Assembly (NCBI GenBank): GCA_965219685.1
Contig: CBDCOH010000002.1
Span: forward strand, 4,032,001-4,096,000
Direction of reading: 5' to 3'
Source of the DNA: Candidatus Spongiisociaceae bacterium
GTDB taxonomy: Bacteria > Actinomycetota > Acidimicrobiia > Spongiisociales > Spongiisociaceae
Length of the DNA stretch: 64,000 nt
Made by a program: the position numbers and the translations under genes. Under the pieces are notes generated by a model. That model was given only the letters and a program-made list of their open reading frames with translations. It was not told the DNA's origin and ran no database searches. Positions 55,136 to 64,000 of this stretch are shown piece by piece (position 1 is the stretch's first letter; each line of letters opens with the position of its first letter).

Positions 55136-55825
55136 CTACCCGCCGAGAGATCGCAGGTAGGCGATGACGTCGTTGACGGGTACCACGTCGGCGTACTTTG
55201 CATCCATGTCGAAAAGGCTGATGTCGTGGCTGATCCGGATGCGGTCGAACACGCACTCCTCGACGACGATCGTGTGGAAGTTGTAGGAGAATGCGTCGGC
55301 AACCGTGGCGCGAACACAGCCGCCGGTGGTGGCGCCGGTGACCAGAAGCGTGTCGGCCCTGAAGTCGACCAGATAGCTGGCCAGGGCGGTTCCGAAGAAA
55401 GCGCTGGCGTGCCGTTTCGGGAGCAACACGTCGCCTTCCTGCGGGGCGATCTCCTCGATGAACTGGTATCCGCGTTCGGGGATGGTGGTGATGAGGGGGT
55501 TGATCTGGCCGAACCGCCCCGCGTCGACGGCTCGCTTGGGGGCGACGTACGGATAGATGATCGGCGCTCCGGCAGCCCGGGCAGCCTCCAGCAGCCGGGC
55601 TACGTGGCCGACCGCCTCCCATGCCTGCGCGCCGCAGGCGGTGGGGTACATGGTGGTGATCGCCTCCTCGATCGGGGCAGGATGGTCCCCGGCGGTCCGG
55701 TACTGCAGGTCGATGACGAGCACAGCCGGCCGCTCCCCGAACCCGACCCGGTTGGCGAAACCGGCCAACCGGTACACACCCCGATCTGCCTCGGGTACCG
55801 AGGCCATCCATGCAGGGTCGCTCAT
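55136..55825 (-). CDS. Isochorismatase-family hydrolase (maleamate amidohydrolase / N-carbamoylsarcosine amidase-like)
   Basis: GFGERPAVLVIDLQ, KRHASAFFGT, GATTGGCVRATVADA, FDMDAKYADV. Confidence 0.85.
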   Translation of the reverse strand: MSDPAWMASVPEADRGVYRLAGFANRVGFGERPAVLVIDLQYRTAGDHPAPIEEAITTMYPTACGAQAWEAVGHVARLLEAARAAGAPIIYPYVAPKRAVDAGRFGQINPLITTIPERGYQFIEEIAPQEGDVLLPKRHASAFFGTALASYLVDFRADTLLVTGATTGGCVRATVADAFSYNFHTIVVEECVFDRIRISHDISLFDMDAKYADVVPVNDVIAYLRSLGG

Positions 55826-56748
55826 ACCGTCCCTCCCCGTTCCGTCCGGATTTCGTCGGCCAGGGAGTCGAACTCATCCAGCATCACCAACTCCTGGCGT
55901 TCCTCCCAGGAGAGCATACGGTCCTCGATGGCCGGGTCGGCCTCGTCGGCTGCCAGCAATGCCAGCGCTTCGCGGGCCGCAGTGACCATGGTGCGGAGCA
56001 GAAGGCTGGCTCGCAGAATGATGCTGAAGCCGAGTTCCTCGAGCCGGGCGGTGGGCAGCAGAGGCGTCTTCCCGCCCTCCACCAGGTTCGCCACCAGAGG
56101 GACACCCGGAAACGCTGATCCCACCACGGCCAACTCGGCCTCCGACCGGGGCGCCTCCACGAACAGGGCGTCGGCGCCTGCCGCCAGATATGCCTCGGCA
56201 CGGGAGATGGCCTCGGCGAGGCCCACGACGTTGCGAGCGTCGGTTCGAGCGATGAGCATCAGATCGGGACTCGATCGAGCCCGGGTGGCAGCCTCGATCT
56301 TCTCTGCCATCTCGGTCGGGGTCACCAGCCGCTGGCCTTCGAAGTGCCCGCACCGTTTTGGATCCTGCTGATCCTCGATCTGGACCGCCGCCGCCCCGGC
56401 TCGCTCCAACTGGTACACGGATCTCATCACCGATAGGGGACCGCCGAACCCGGTGTCGGCGTCGACGATGAGGGGCAGGCGGCTGGCTTCCCGGATCCTC
56501 CCCACATGGTCGATCAGTTCGGTCCGGCTGACCAGCCCTACGTCCGGGAGTCCGAAGACGGAGTTGGCGAGTCCCGCGCCGGTGACATACGCCGCAGGGA
56601 AGCCGGCCTGCTCCACCATCCGGGCGCCGAGAGCATCGGTGACGCCCGGCACTACGATGCTTCCGCCGGTGAGGATCCGGCGGAGGGTGCGGGACGACAA
56701 TGCGGAGGCGGCACCCCCGAGCCCTGGCGGGATTTCCTTATCTGGCAT
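55822..56748 (-). CDS. Isocitrate lyase/PEP mutase-family C-C lyase (methylisocitrate/dimethylmalate lyase-like)
   Basis: GLPDVG, VDADTGFG, IEDQ..PKRCGH, IARTDA, GADALFVE, GGKTP; start reassigned to about 56748. Confidence 0.9.
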   Translation of the reverse strand: MPDKEIPPGLGGAASALSSRTLRRILTGGSIVVPGVTDALGARMVEQAGFPAAYVTGAGLANSVFGLPDVGLVSRTELIDHVGRIREASRLPLIVDADTGFGGPLSVMRSVYQLERAGAAAVQIEDQQDPKRCGHFEGQRLVTPTEMAEKIEAATRARSSPDLMLIARTDARNVVGLAEAISRAEAYLAAGADALFVEAPRSEAELAVVGSAFPGVPLVANLVEGGKTPLLPTARLEELGFSIILRASLLLRTMVTAAREALALLAADEADPAIEDRMLSWEERQELVMLDEFDSLADEIRTERGGTV

Positions 56749-56830
56749 CCTGGTGGAACTTAGCGCCGCCTGACCGTCACGGTCGTCTCGAAGGCTATAG
56801 GCTTCGAGACACGTACAGAGGGAGGAATCC

Positions 56831-57634
56831 GTGTCCGTGGTGACGAACGTCAGCCCCCGCGAGCACATCGAGTTCGTACGGGAACGGGACGTGGCTTGGA
56901 CGAGTTTCGATCCGCACGGCGCACCATCCGGGCGCCGGGTCAAGTATCTGACCAGGGGAGTCGACAGTGCTGCCTTCAGCGGTCTCGTACGTCTCCCGGC
57001 CGGGTACCAGGCACCGTTCGGCGCCCACGAACGGCAGACCGAACTCTTCGTGCTGGATGGGGAACTCGGTGTGGGCGACGCGGGCTGCGGTCCCAACACC
57101 TACCTGTTCGTTCCCGCAGGGGTCGGGTATGGCCCGGTCGTTGCGCGTGAGGAGACCACGATCCTGGCCCACTACGAAGGATCGGCCGATCTGGTCGAGC
57201 CCTCGAGCGGCGCCGAGCCTACGATCATCGACACCGATTCATGGGAGTGGACCTGGGGAGCCGGGGTGGGGCTGCCGAAGGGCCTGTGCCACAAGACCGT
57301 GCGCTACGACGAGACGACCGGGGAGCGCACCTTCCTGCTGGGGGTGGTTCCGTGGTGGGACTCGCCCCTCCTAGAGTTCCACCCGTGTGTCGAGGAGTGT
57401 TACGTCATCCAGGGCGACATGTTCATGGACAACGTGGCCGAACTCGGCGCCATGGGTCCTGGCGACTACTTCTGGCGCGATCCCTGGGTCAGTCATGGCC
57501 CGATGCGGACCAGGGAGGGGTTCATCGCCCTACTGCGACATGACCGTCACCATGTGAACTACTTCATCGATCGGACCGGTACCAGCCCCGAGGAAAACAT
57601 GGCCCTCGTGGAGAGCGGCCACTTCGACGAGTAA
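56831..57634 (+). CDS. Bicupin protein (DUF4437/ChrR-like)
   Basis: REHIEFV; H...TELFVLDGEL; EFHPCVEECYVIQGD; GDYFWRDPWVSHGP. Confidence 0.7.
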   Translation: MSVVTNVSPREHIEFVRERDVAWTSFDPHGAPSGRRVKYLTRGVDSAAFSGLVRLPAGYQAPFGAHERQTELFVLDGELGVGDAGCGPNTYLFVPAGVGYGPVVAREETTILAHYEGSADLVEPSSGAEPTIIDTDSWEWTWGAGVGLPKGLCHKTVRYDETTGERTFLLGVVPWWDSPLLEFHPCVEECYVIQGDMFMDNVAELGAMGPGDYFWRDPWVSHGPMRTREGFIALLRHDRHHVNYFIDRTGTSPEENMALVESGHFDE

Positions 57635-57670
57635 CGTTCGGACCGGCTCACCCAGTCGAGAGGAGACAAA

Positions 57671-58315
57671 GTGGATGTGTTCGAGGCGATGCGCACCCAG
57701 CGCAGTGTCAAGCGCTTCAAGCCGGAACCGGTATCGGACGACGACATACGGAGGATTCTGACGGCGGCCACCTGGGCTCCCAACGGCGCAAATGCGCAGC
57801 CCTGGGAGTTCATCGTCATCAAGGATCCCGAACTGAAGCGCAAGATCGCCGACATCTACCGGGACGGCTGGGACTTCCTGCGTGATCACCCACGACGCCA
57901 AGGTAGGAAAGCGTACGACAGCAGGACGGGCCAGAAGACCATGATCAAGATGTCGTACTACTTGCGGGACCACCTCGAGGAGAGTCCGGTTCTCATCGTC
58001 GTCGCGATGAACATCACCAAGAACAATTATCCCCGGTACGGAGTACTCAAGGCCTTCCGAGCGGAGGTCAACTACACGTCGACCGTGCCCTGCATCCAGA
58101 ACCTGATGCTTGCGGCCAGGGCTCTCGGTGTCGGAACATGCTTCACCACCGCGATGAACATCGTCGAGGAAGACGCCAAGATCTTGCTGGGAATGCCCGA
58201 AGAGACACAGATCATCGCGCTGATACCCATGGGTTATCCCACCGACGAGTTCAAGCCCCTAAAGCGGATCCCCGCCGAGGAGTTCACGCATTGGGACGGG
58301 TGGCAGGGAGACTGA
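57671..58315 (+). CDS. Nitroreductase-family protein
   Basis: RSVKRF, APNGANAQPWEF, QNLMLAARALGVGTC; paralog of 5682-6341. Confidence 0.9.
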   Translation: MDVFEAMRTQRSVKRFKPEPVSDDDIRRILTAATWAPNGANAQPWEFIVIKDPELKRKIADIYRDGWDFLRDHPRRQGRKAYDSRTGQKTMIKMSYYLRDHLEESPVLIVVAMNITKNNYPRYGVLKAFRAEVNYTSTVPCIQNLMLAARALGVGTCFTTAMNIVEEDAKILLGMPEETQIIALIPMGYPTDEFKPLKRIPAEEFTHWDGWQGD

Positions 58316-58318
58316 GCC

Positions 58319-59350
58319 TTGGTGAGCAGTAGCGGGGTTCGGGGCGCGGCCGGCACAACGGGGTCCAGAGGGTCTGCCGAGCCGGTACTGCGCGTCGAAG
58401 GTCTCAACACGACGTTCAGAACCCACGACGGCCCGGTGCCCGCGGTCCGTGACGTCTCCTTCGAACTCCGCAAGGGCGAGTTCCTGGGCCTGGTCGGGGA
58501 GTCCGGGTGCGGGAAGTCCACCGTGCTGATGTCGATACTGCGATTGCTCCCGGAGAACGCCGATATGAGCGCCCGGTCGCTGGTGTTCGAGGATCGCGAC
58601 ATGCTCGGTCTGTCGGACGAGGGGATCCGGCTGTTGAGGGGTCGCCGGATCAGCTTGATCCCCCAGCGACCGATGAGTTCGTTGAGTCCCGTCGCCACCA
58701 TCGAGAGGCAGCTCAAGTGGTACCTCCAGCGGGACGGAGCGAGGAGACCCGAAGAGTTGACCGGAGCTATGGAGTCGATGCTCGACCGGGTGGGACTGCG
58801 AGCGGCGGTCGAGCGCCTCTCCGGATACCCGTACCAGTTCTCCGGAGGCCAGTTGCAGCGGATGCTCATCGCCATCGCCGCGCTGGTCGGTGAGCCGGAC
58901 GTACTGATGGCCGATGAGCCCACCACCACACTGGATGTGACGGTTCAGGCGCAGGTGCTGAGCCTCCTTCTGGAAGCGAGGGACAGGCTGGGGCTGTCGG
59001 TGATCATCGTCACTCACGACCTGGGTGTGATCGCCCAGACCTGTGACCGGGTGGCGGTCATGTACGGCGGGAGGCTGGTGGAGATGGCCGATGTGAACAC
59101 GCTGTTCCACGAGCCGCGCCATCCCTACACCATCGCCTTGCTGGATTCGCTGCCCAGCCGGCACCGGCGAGGGGAGCCGTTGACCTCGATCGAGGGAAGC
59201 GCCATCGGTTCCAACCTCCTCGACGGGTGCCCCTTCGCCCCACGGTGCCCCAGCGTCATGGATAACTGCCATACCGACGTGCCGGAGGAGCGAACCGTCG
59301 GGGAGACCTTCGTACGCTGCCATCTCTACTCGGGTGCGGATCATGGCTGA
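58319..59350 (+). CDS. ABC transporter ATP-binding protein (DppD/OppD type)
   Basis: GESGCGKS, YPYQFSGGQLQR, DEPTTTLD, HPYT, C-terminal Cys domain. Confidence 0.9.
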   Translation: MVSSSGVRGAAGTTGSRGSAEPVLRVEGLNTTFRTHDGPVPAVRDVSFELRKGEFLGLVGESGCGKSTVLMSILRLLPENADMSARSLVFEDRDMLGLSDEGIRLLRGRRISLIPQRPMSSLSPVATIERQLKWYLQRDGARRPEELTGAMESMLDRVGLRAAVERLSGYPYQFSGGQLQRMLIAIAALVGEPDVLMADEPTTTLDVTVQAQVLSLLLEARDRLGLSVIIVTHDLGVIAQTCDRVAVMYGGRLVEMADVNTLFHEPRHPYTIALLDSLPSRHRRGEPLTSIEGSAIGSNLLDGCPFAPRCPSVMDNCHTDVPEERTVGETFVRCHLYSGADHG

Positions 59351-60320
59351 AGTCCCGAGGTTGGAGGTACGCGATCTCGTGAAGCACTTCCCGGTACGGC
59401 GGGGTACGTTCGCCAAGGCCCGGGAGTTCGTCAAGGCCGTGAACGGCGTCTCCCTGGACATCCGCGACGGCGAGACCGTGGCCATCGTCGGCGAGTCGGG
59501 CTGCGGCAAGTCGACCATCGCCCGGTTGATCCTCCGGCTGGAGCGTCCCACATCGGGGAGCATCCGCCTCGACGGCGAGGACCTGCTCGCGATGGAGGAC
59601 ACGACCGCGGCTCGCCGAGCGGTCCAACTCGTGTCGCAGAACCCCTGGTCGGCGTTGAACCGCCGCAAGACCATCAAGCACACTCTCACCCAGCCGCTCA
59701 AGGTCCACAACCTGGTGGATACCCGGGCTGGTCGGACTGTGCGGGCAGCGCAGCTACTGGAGGAGGTCGGCCTGTCACCGGAATACCTCTACCGGTTCCC
59801 GAGCGGGATCAGCGGAGGTGAGTTGCAGAGGGTCACCATCGCCAGGGCATTGGCGGTCTCGCCCGGGGTGCTCATCCTCGACGAGCCGACCGCCAGCCTC
59901 GACGTGAGCGTGAAGGCCAGCATCATCAACCTGCTGATCGACCTCCGGGATCTGGAGAAGCTGACCTACCTCTTCATCACCCACGAGATCGACATCGCCA
60001 AGCACGTGAGCGACCGGATCGCGGTCATGTACCTCGGACGGATCGTCGAACAGGGCCCCACCGAGGAGATATTCGAGAACCCGCAACATCCCTACACGCA
60101 ATCACTGCTCGGGTCGGTACCTGTCCCGGATCCCCAACTGCGGGCCGAGCTGAAGCCCATCTCCGGGGAAGTTCCATCCGCTATCGACCTACCCTCCGGA
60201 TGTACCTTCCACACGCGTTGCCCCTACGTCTTCGACCGCTGCCCGGAGGAGATCCCCGAACTGTCGATGGTCGATTCCCTGCATCTGGCCGCCTGCCACC
60301 TGATGGAGCAGGGCAGGTAG
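59343..60320 (+). CDS. ABC transporter ATP-binding protein (DppF/OppF type)
   Basis: GESGCGKST, ISGGELQR, DEPTASLD, PQHPYT, GCTFHTRCP. Confidence 0.9.
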   Translation: MAEVPRLEVRDLVKHFPVRRGTFAKAREFVKAVNGVSLDIRDGETVAIVGESGCGKSTIARLILRLERPTSGSIRLDGEDLLAMEDTTAARRAVQLVSQNPWSALNRRKTIKHTLTQPLKVHNLVDTRAGRTVRAAQLLEEVGLSPEYLYRFPSGISGGELQRVTIARALAVSPGVLILDEPTASLDVSVKASIINLLIDLRDLEKLTYLFITHEIDIAKHVSDRIAVMYLGRIVEQGPTEEIFENPQHPYTQSLLGSVPVPDPQLRAELKPISGEVPSAIDLPSGCTFHTRCPYVFDRCPEEIPELSMVDSLHLAACHLMEQGR

Positions 60321-60422
60321 CATCCTGGCTCGGTTCGGGGATTCGCGGTCGACAGCCGAGAGTAGAAGTGGCTCCAGTCCGGTGGCCGCGACTGCCCCAT
60401 ACCGCAGCCGAGCGACCTGACC

Positions 60423-61409
60423 GTGTCCTCCCCTTCGCTGGGTGTTGCCTTCTTCAGCCTCGGCAACCGTGGTCCGACCCAGATCGCCGCACTCGGGTCC
60501 GAGCTCGAGGACGTCGGGATGGATCATCTGTTCGTCACCGAGTCGAACAACGACGCGATGACGACGATGGCAGTGATGGCGGGCGTCACGTCGACCGCCA
60601 CGATCGGATCGGCCATTGCCAACATCTACCTGCGCCATCCCCTTCAGATGGCCCAGGCGGCGGCGGGTGTGGAGGAGGTGTCGGCCGGCCGGATGCTTCT
60701 CGGTCTCGGGGTGGGGCATCAGATGGTCAACGTCGACAGCCTGGAGTTGGACATGTCGAGGCCGGTACGGGACATGCGCGAGTACGTGGAGTTGGTGCGG
60801 GCGGGCCTCGGCTCGGGTGGCGGCCCGATCGACTACGAGGGGTCCCGCTTCACCGCCAGGGGCCCGCGGGCGACCGTGGCCTGGGCGCCGGAACGCCGGG
60901 TACCCATCGTGGTCGCCGCTCACGGACCGAACATGGTCCGTATGGCGGTGGAGGTGGCGGACGGTATCTTCACCTCGGTGGTCAGCCGGGCCCAGATAGC
61001 TCGGCTGCGCGCCCTGATGGACGAGCACTGCACGACTATCGGCCGGGATCCGTCCGAGCTGCGGATCTACACGATGGTCTACGCCTGCATTGACGACGAT
61101 CCGGTCCTGGCGCGACGCCGCCTCAGGGAGAGGGTCGAGTTGACCCTGATCCAGGTCAACTACCGGCGCCAGCTCCGGAGGGAGGGGAAGCTACTCGCGG
61201 GCGCGTCCCTGACCGGCGCCCAAGTGGCGGAGTTGGGGATTGCGGGATCCGTGGAGCATGCTCGCCACCTCTTGGGCGAGTACCGGGCAGCAGGAGTGGA
61301 TGTCCCGATCCTGGCGCCGTTCACCCGTGACCCGGCTGATGTGGATACGGGATACCGCTCGTTCTCGGTAGATGCCTACCTGGCCCTCGAAGACCTCGTC
61401 GGCTACTGA
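60423..61409 (+). CDS. LLM-class flavin-dependent oxidoreductase
   Basis: IGSAIANIYLRHP, SAGRMLLGLGVGH, AAHGPNMVRMAVEVADG. Confidence 0.85.
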   Translation: MSSPSLGVAFFSLGNRGPTQIAALGSELEDVGMDHLFVTESNNDAMTTMAVMAGVTSTATIGSAIANIYLRHPLQMAQAAAGVEEVSAGRMLLGLGVGHQMVNVDSLELDMSRPVRDMREYVELVRAGLGSGGGPIDYEGSRFTARGPRATVAWAPERRVPIVVAAHGPNMVRMAVEVADGIFTSVVSRAQIARLRALMDEHCTTIGRDPSELRIYTMVYACIDDDPVLARRRLRERVELTLIQVNYRRQLRREGKLLAGASLTGAQVAELGIAGSVEHARHLLGEYRAAGVDVPILAPFTRDPADVDTGYRSFSVDAYLALEDLVGY

Positions 61410-61662
61410 GACGAGTAGTTCGAAGGGATCTGATCATTAGCGACCGTACTCTACGTTCGCTACACAACGCTGTACAACACATCATCACTGGTGTACCGCT
61501 GTTCCTGGACACGGACCACATGCTGCCATCTCGTGAAGAGCCACCCGCGCGCAAACGCGACAACTGAACAGTGCCAGTGAGGATGGTAACTGATGTAATC
61601 CAACGTTAACCATCGGACACCGAACTAAAAACTATAGAATACTGACTAGGAACTAGTCATCT
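61410..61662. repeat. 253-bp non-coding dispersed element, copy B
   Basis: Homologous to 53165-53417; its 3' end overlaps the last codons and stop of the convergent SDR gene. Confidence 0.75.
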
Positions 61663-62377
61663 GAGGGTTCATCTGGCCGACCACTATCTGGCTGATGGCA
61701 ACGGTGGGGGCGAAGGACGCCACTGCCAGGACGGTCTCCGCGAAGTCCTCCGGCTCGATCTTCGGGACGTCGCGTCCTGCTGACATGCCGCTGCGCACCG
61801 TCGACGCTATCACCACTTCGGTTACCTTGACACCCCGATCGAGGACCTCGCCGCGCAGGGACTCGGCCAGCCCGATCATTCCCCACTTGGCAGCCGAATA
61901 GGACGCTCCCGTCGGGAAACCACGGATCCCCGCACCCGAGTTCATCCCGATCACGTGCCCGCGGACCCCGTCCACAGGCGTCTGGCCGGTCATCTGCCTG
62001 ACGGCGGCGCGCGCGCAGTAGAACACACCGTTGAGATCGGTCGCGATGACTTTGTCCCAGTCCTCCGGCGCCATCTCCTCCACCCGACCGCGGATGAAGT
62101 TGCCGGCGTTGTTGACGAGGATGTCGAGCCGCCCGAATTCCTCTACCGTGCTGGCGACTGCCGAGGTGGCTGCGGAAGGATCTGTCACGTCGAGGCGACA
62201 GGCCGCCGCGATACCCCCGCGGACCCGGATGGTGGAGGCGACCGACTCTGCTGCGCCCATCGACCTGGCAGTGCACATCACCCGCGAGCCGGCTTGTCCG
62301 AACAACTCGGCGATGGATCTGCCGATGCCGCGACCGGCGCCGGTGATGAGGCTCACCTTGCCGTTGAGGTGGCTCAC
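61646..62377 (-). CDS. Short-chain dehydrogenase/reductase (SDR)
   Basis: TGAGRGIG, LDILVNNAG, YSAAK. Confidence 0.9.
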   Translation of the reverse strand: MSHLNGKVSLITGAGRGIGRSIAELFGQAGSRVMCTARSMGAAESVASTIRVRGGIAAACRLDVTDPSAATSAVASTVEEFGRLDILVNNAGNFIRGRVEEMAPEDWDKVIATDLNGVFYCARAAVRQMTGQTPVDGVRGHVIGMNSGAGIRGFPTGASYSAAKWGMIGLAESLRGEVLDRGVKVTEVVIASTVRSGMSAGRDVPKIEPEDFAETVLAVASFAPTVAISQIVVGQMNPQMTSS

Positions 62378-63363
62378 GGCGCCGTTTCGTACAGGTGGTA
62401 CCGGGCGCCGGACCCGGGGGCTCGGACCACCGCGCCACGCAGTACACCGAGATGGGGCAGGTCCAGATCCCGCGGGTCGGCGAGGATTTCCGTTCCGATG
62501 TCGCGGGCCATCGTGACAGCCTTATCGATGTCCGGCACGTCGAATCCCATCGCCAGGTAGCCGATGTTGGGGGCTTCTGCCCGGCCGACCAGGTCTTCGC
62601 ACTCGTAGTTGAGCGGGGAGCACAGTGCCACCTTTCCGAACATGTGCCCACCCTTCACGAACAGCACATGGGTCCGGGCGCCTTCGGGCAGGCTCAGGAA
62701 GTCGTTCTGCTCGGGCCGGTCCAGGATCTCGTCGATCAGGGGTTCCATTCCGAGGACCCGGCGGTGGAAGTCGACCGCTGCGCCCATGTCCCGCACGTAA
62801 TGGGCCGAGGTCACCACCTGCGTGAACCCGGTGGGGGTCATGCCGTGGGAATCCAGGAAGGTCGCCATCTCGCCCGTCTGCGTATGGGTACCCCGGATCA
62901 GTTGCACCAGATTGACCGGAACGGAGTCGGTCGCCTCGAACACGACCTCGGTGGGCGACCCGACCGCCTTGCTCATCTCGTATGTGGTCGGCAGGCTCCA
63001 GAACCGATACCCGGCCTCGCTCAGCCTGCGCGCCGTCTCGTGGATATGGTTGTTGTAGAAGTTGAGGTTCCCGAGACCGATCCACCTCGTCTGGCGCTCC
63101 GCCCTCACTTCCTGGCGGGATTCGGCATGGAACTCGACCAGCATGACCCGGCCCACCCGGCTGCCCGGATAGGTGGCCAGGACTGCTTTCGCCTCCATGC
63201 CCGGCGCCGACTGCCATTGCGCCGCGAGGGATTCCCCTGACCAGGTCTGGGGTTCGGTGACCGTGAGACCGATCACGTCCCGGTAGAACTCCAGCGACCG
63301 TTCCATGTCCGAAACGCCGATGAACGAGATGCCGAGAGCGGATCCGGTCCTCTGCTTCGCCAA
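62374..63363 (-). CDS. VOC/glyoxalase-family protein with two VOC modules
   Basis: Full-length paralog of 8780-9772 (SALGIS, NLNFY, PTEV, FGKVAL..PLNY, APNIGYLAM, RAPGSGARY). Confidence 0.85.
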   Translation of the reverse strand: MAKQRTGSALGISFIGVSDMERSLEFYRDVIGLTVTEPQTWSGESLAAQWQSAPGMEAKAVLATYPGSRVGRVMLVEFHAESRQEVRAERQTRWIGLGNLNFYNNHIHETARRLSEAGYRFWSLPTTYEMSKAVGSPTEVVFEATDSVPVNLVQLIRGTHTQTGEMATFLDSHGMTPTGFTQVVTSAHYVRDMGAAVDFHRRVLGMEPLIDEILDRPEQNDFLSLPEGARTHVLFVKGGHMFGKVALCSPLNYECEDLVGRAEAPNIGYLAMGFDVPDIDKAVTMARDIGTEILADPRDLDLPHLGVLRGAVVRAPGSGARYHLYETAP

Positions 63364-63385
63364 AGTGATGCTCCTGGTTTTTTTA

Positions 63386-63446
63386 ATGGTGGATGGTGGA
63401 TGGTGGATGGTGGATGGTGGATGGTGGATGGTGGATGGTGGATGGT
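63386..63446. repeat. Perfect heptamer tandem repeat (ATGGTGG)8 plus ATGGT
   Basis: Read directly from sequence; lies just upstream of the VOC gene start. Confidence 0.9.
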
Positions 63447-63495
63447 AACCCTATGGATCTTGACGGGCTTGGCATACCGCTGTGTTCGGTCACCA

Positions 63496-63837
63496 TTACT
63501 GGATGTTGAGGATCAGCCCCAGTCTGTCCCGTATCAGGGCCAGAGTGACTGACCCTACGTTGCCTCGTACCCTGCTGATGCGCGCGATCGATATCGCTCG
63601 TATGTGTTGGGCTTGGGCGACACAGGGCCTCTCCACTCCGTTGTGACGATCCGGTTCGACTTCGATCTCGGACTTGAACCCTCGGTTGGTACTGGTCAAT
63701 GGCACGATGTGGACGATCGTGGGTCCTCGCTTGAGTATGTCCTGAGCCGTTACGACAACCGCTGGATGGCGGAAGCCGGCCTCTCTCGCGACAGGTATGC
63801 CCAAGTCGAGATCAACCACGTCACCGGAAGTCAGCAT
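63496..63837 (-). CDS. PemK/MazF-family endoribonuclease toxin
   Basis: GDVV..DLG.P..REAGFRHPAVVVT, IVPLTS, QAQHIRAIS..RI. Confidence 0.85.
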   Translation of the reverse strand: MLTSGDVVDLDLGIPVAREAGFRHPAVVVTAQDILKRGPTIVHIVPLTSTNRGFKSEIEVEPDRHNGVERPCVAQAQHIRAISIARISRVRGNVGSVTLALIRDRLGLILNIQ

Positions 63838-64000
63838 CGAGCCAAGCTTGCTCGTCAGACGTGAGGGGCGCCCTGAGTTCCTCCCCTATCTGTTCCTGCC
63901 GGAGTTTCCGGATAGCCAGGGCAATGGTCTCTCCGAGGGTGGCATCCAGTTCAGCCGCGAGGCGGCTGAGTTCTCGGTGTGTTGCCTTGTCAATGCGAAC
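63821..64000 (-). CDS. Putative cognate antitoxin (5' end outside the window)
   Basis: Open minus-strand frame VRIDKATHRELSRLAAELDATLGETIALAIRKLRQE...WLDADFR*, RHH-like, overlapping the toxin start. Confidence 0.65.
   Translation of the reverse strand, partial: VRIDKATHRELSRLAAELDATLGETIALAIRKLRQEQIGEELRAPLTSDEQAWLDADFR

Noticed and set aside
58259-59710. Long antisense ORFs (also 7086-8447, 49078-50562, 17548-18618, 39341-40291)
   Set aside because: Shadow frames opposite well-supported genes, expected in high-GC DNA; no recognisable motifs

Overview
High-GC bacterial DNA, most likely Actinomycetota (Acidimicrobiia-like, judged from the Cys-containing S-layer-homology repeats, the MhuD homolog and the FN3/cadherin surface proteins; taxonomy is inferred). 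Most of the window is a large, paralog-rich catabolic region: 5 double-VOC proteins, 4 MmgE/PrpD proteins, 2 tandem alpha/beta-fold proteins, 2 nitroreductases, 2 LLM oxidoreductases, 2 isochorismatases, a cyclic amidohydrolase, a PuuE-like deacetylase, an ICL/PEP-mutase lyase, a MhuD-like heme oxygenase, 2 tandem AOR-family oxidoreductases with a ferredoxin, and a peptide/nickel-type ABC transporter split over three loci. Accessory blocks interrupt it: two toxin-antitoxin pairs, an FN3/SLH surface-protein block hit by an intact IS1634-family element, a low-GC islet (DNA methyltransferase plus an unknown gene) and a Shango-like defence locus with two sngA paralogs. The most notable signals not visible in the ORF track are (i) an AhpD/CMD gene split by an in-frame TGA in a CxxU motif followed by a SECIS-like hairpin (probable selenoprotein), (ii) two diverged 253-bp non-coding copies of an apparently structured element (53165-53417, 61410-61662), (iii) heptamer-repeat arrays, several as inverted arms, that start at or supply gene stop codons, and (iv) a hypervariable patch in otherwise near-identical FN3-like repeats. 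No rRNA, tRNA or CRISPR array was found. All family assignments come from motif recognition by eye; no database searches were run.
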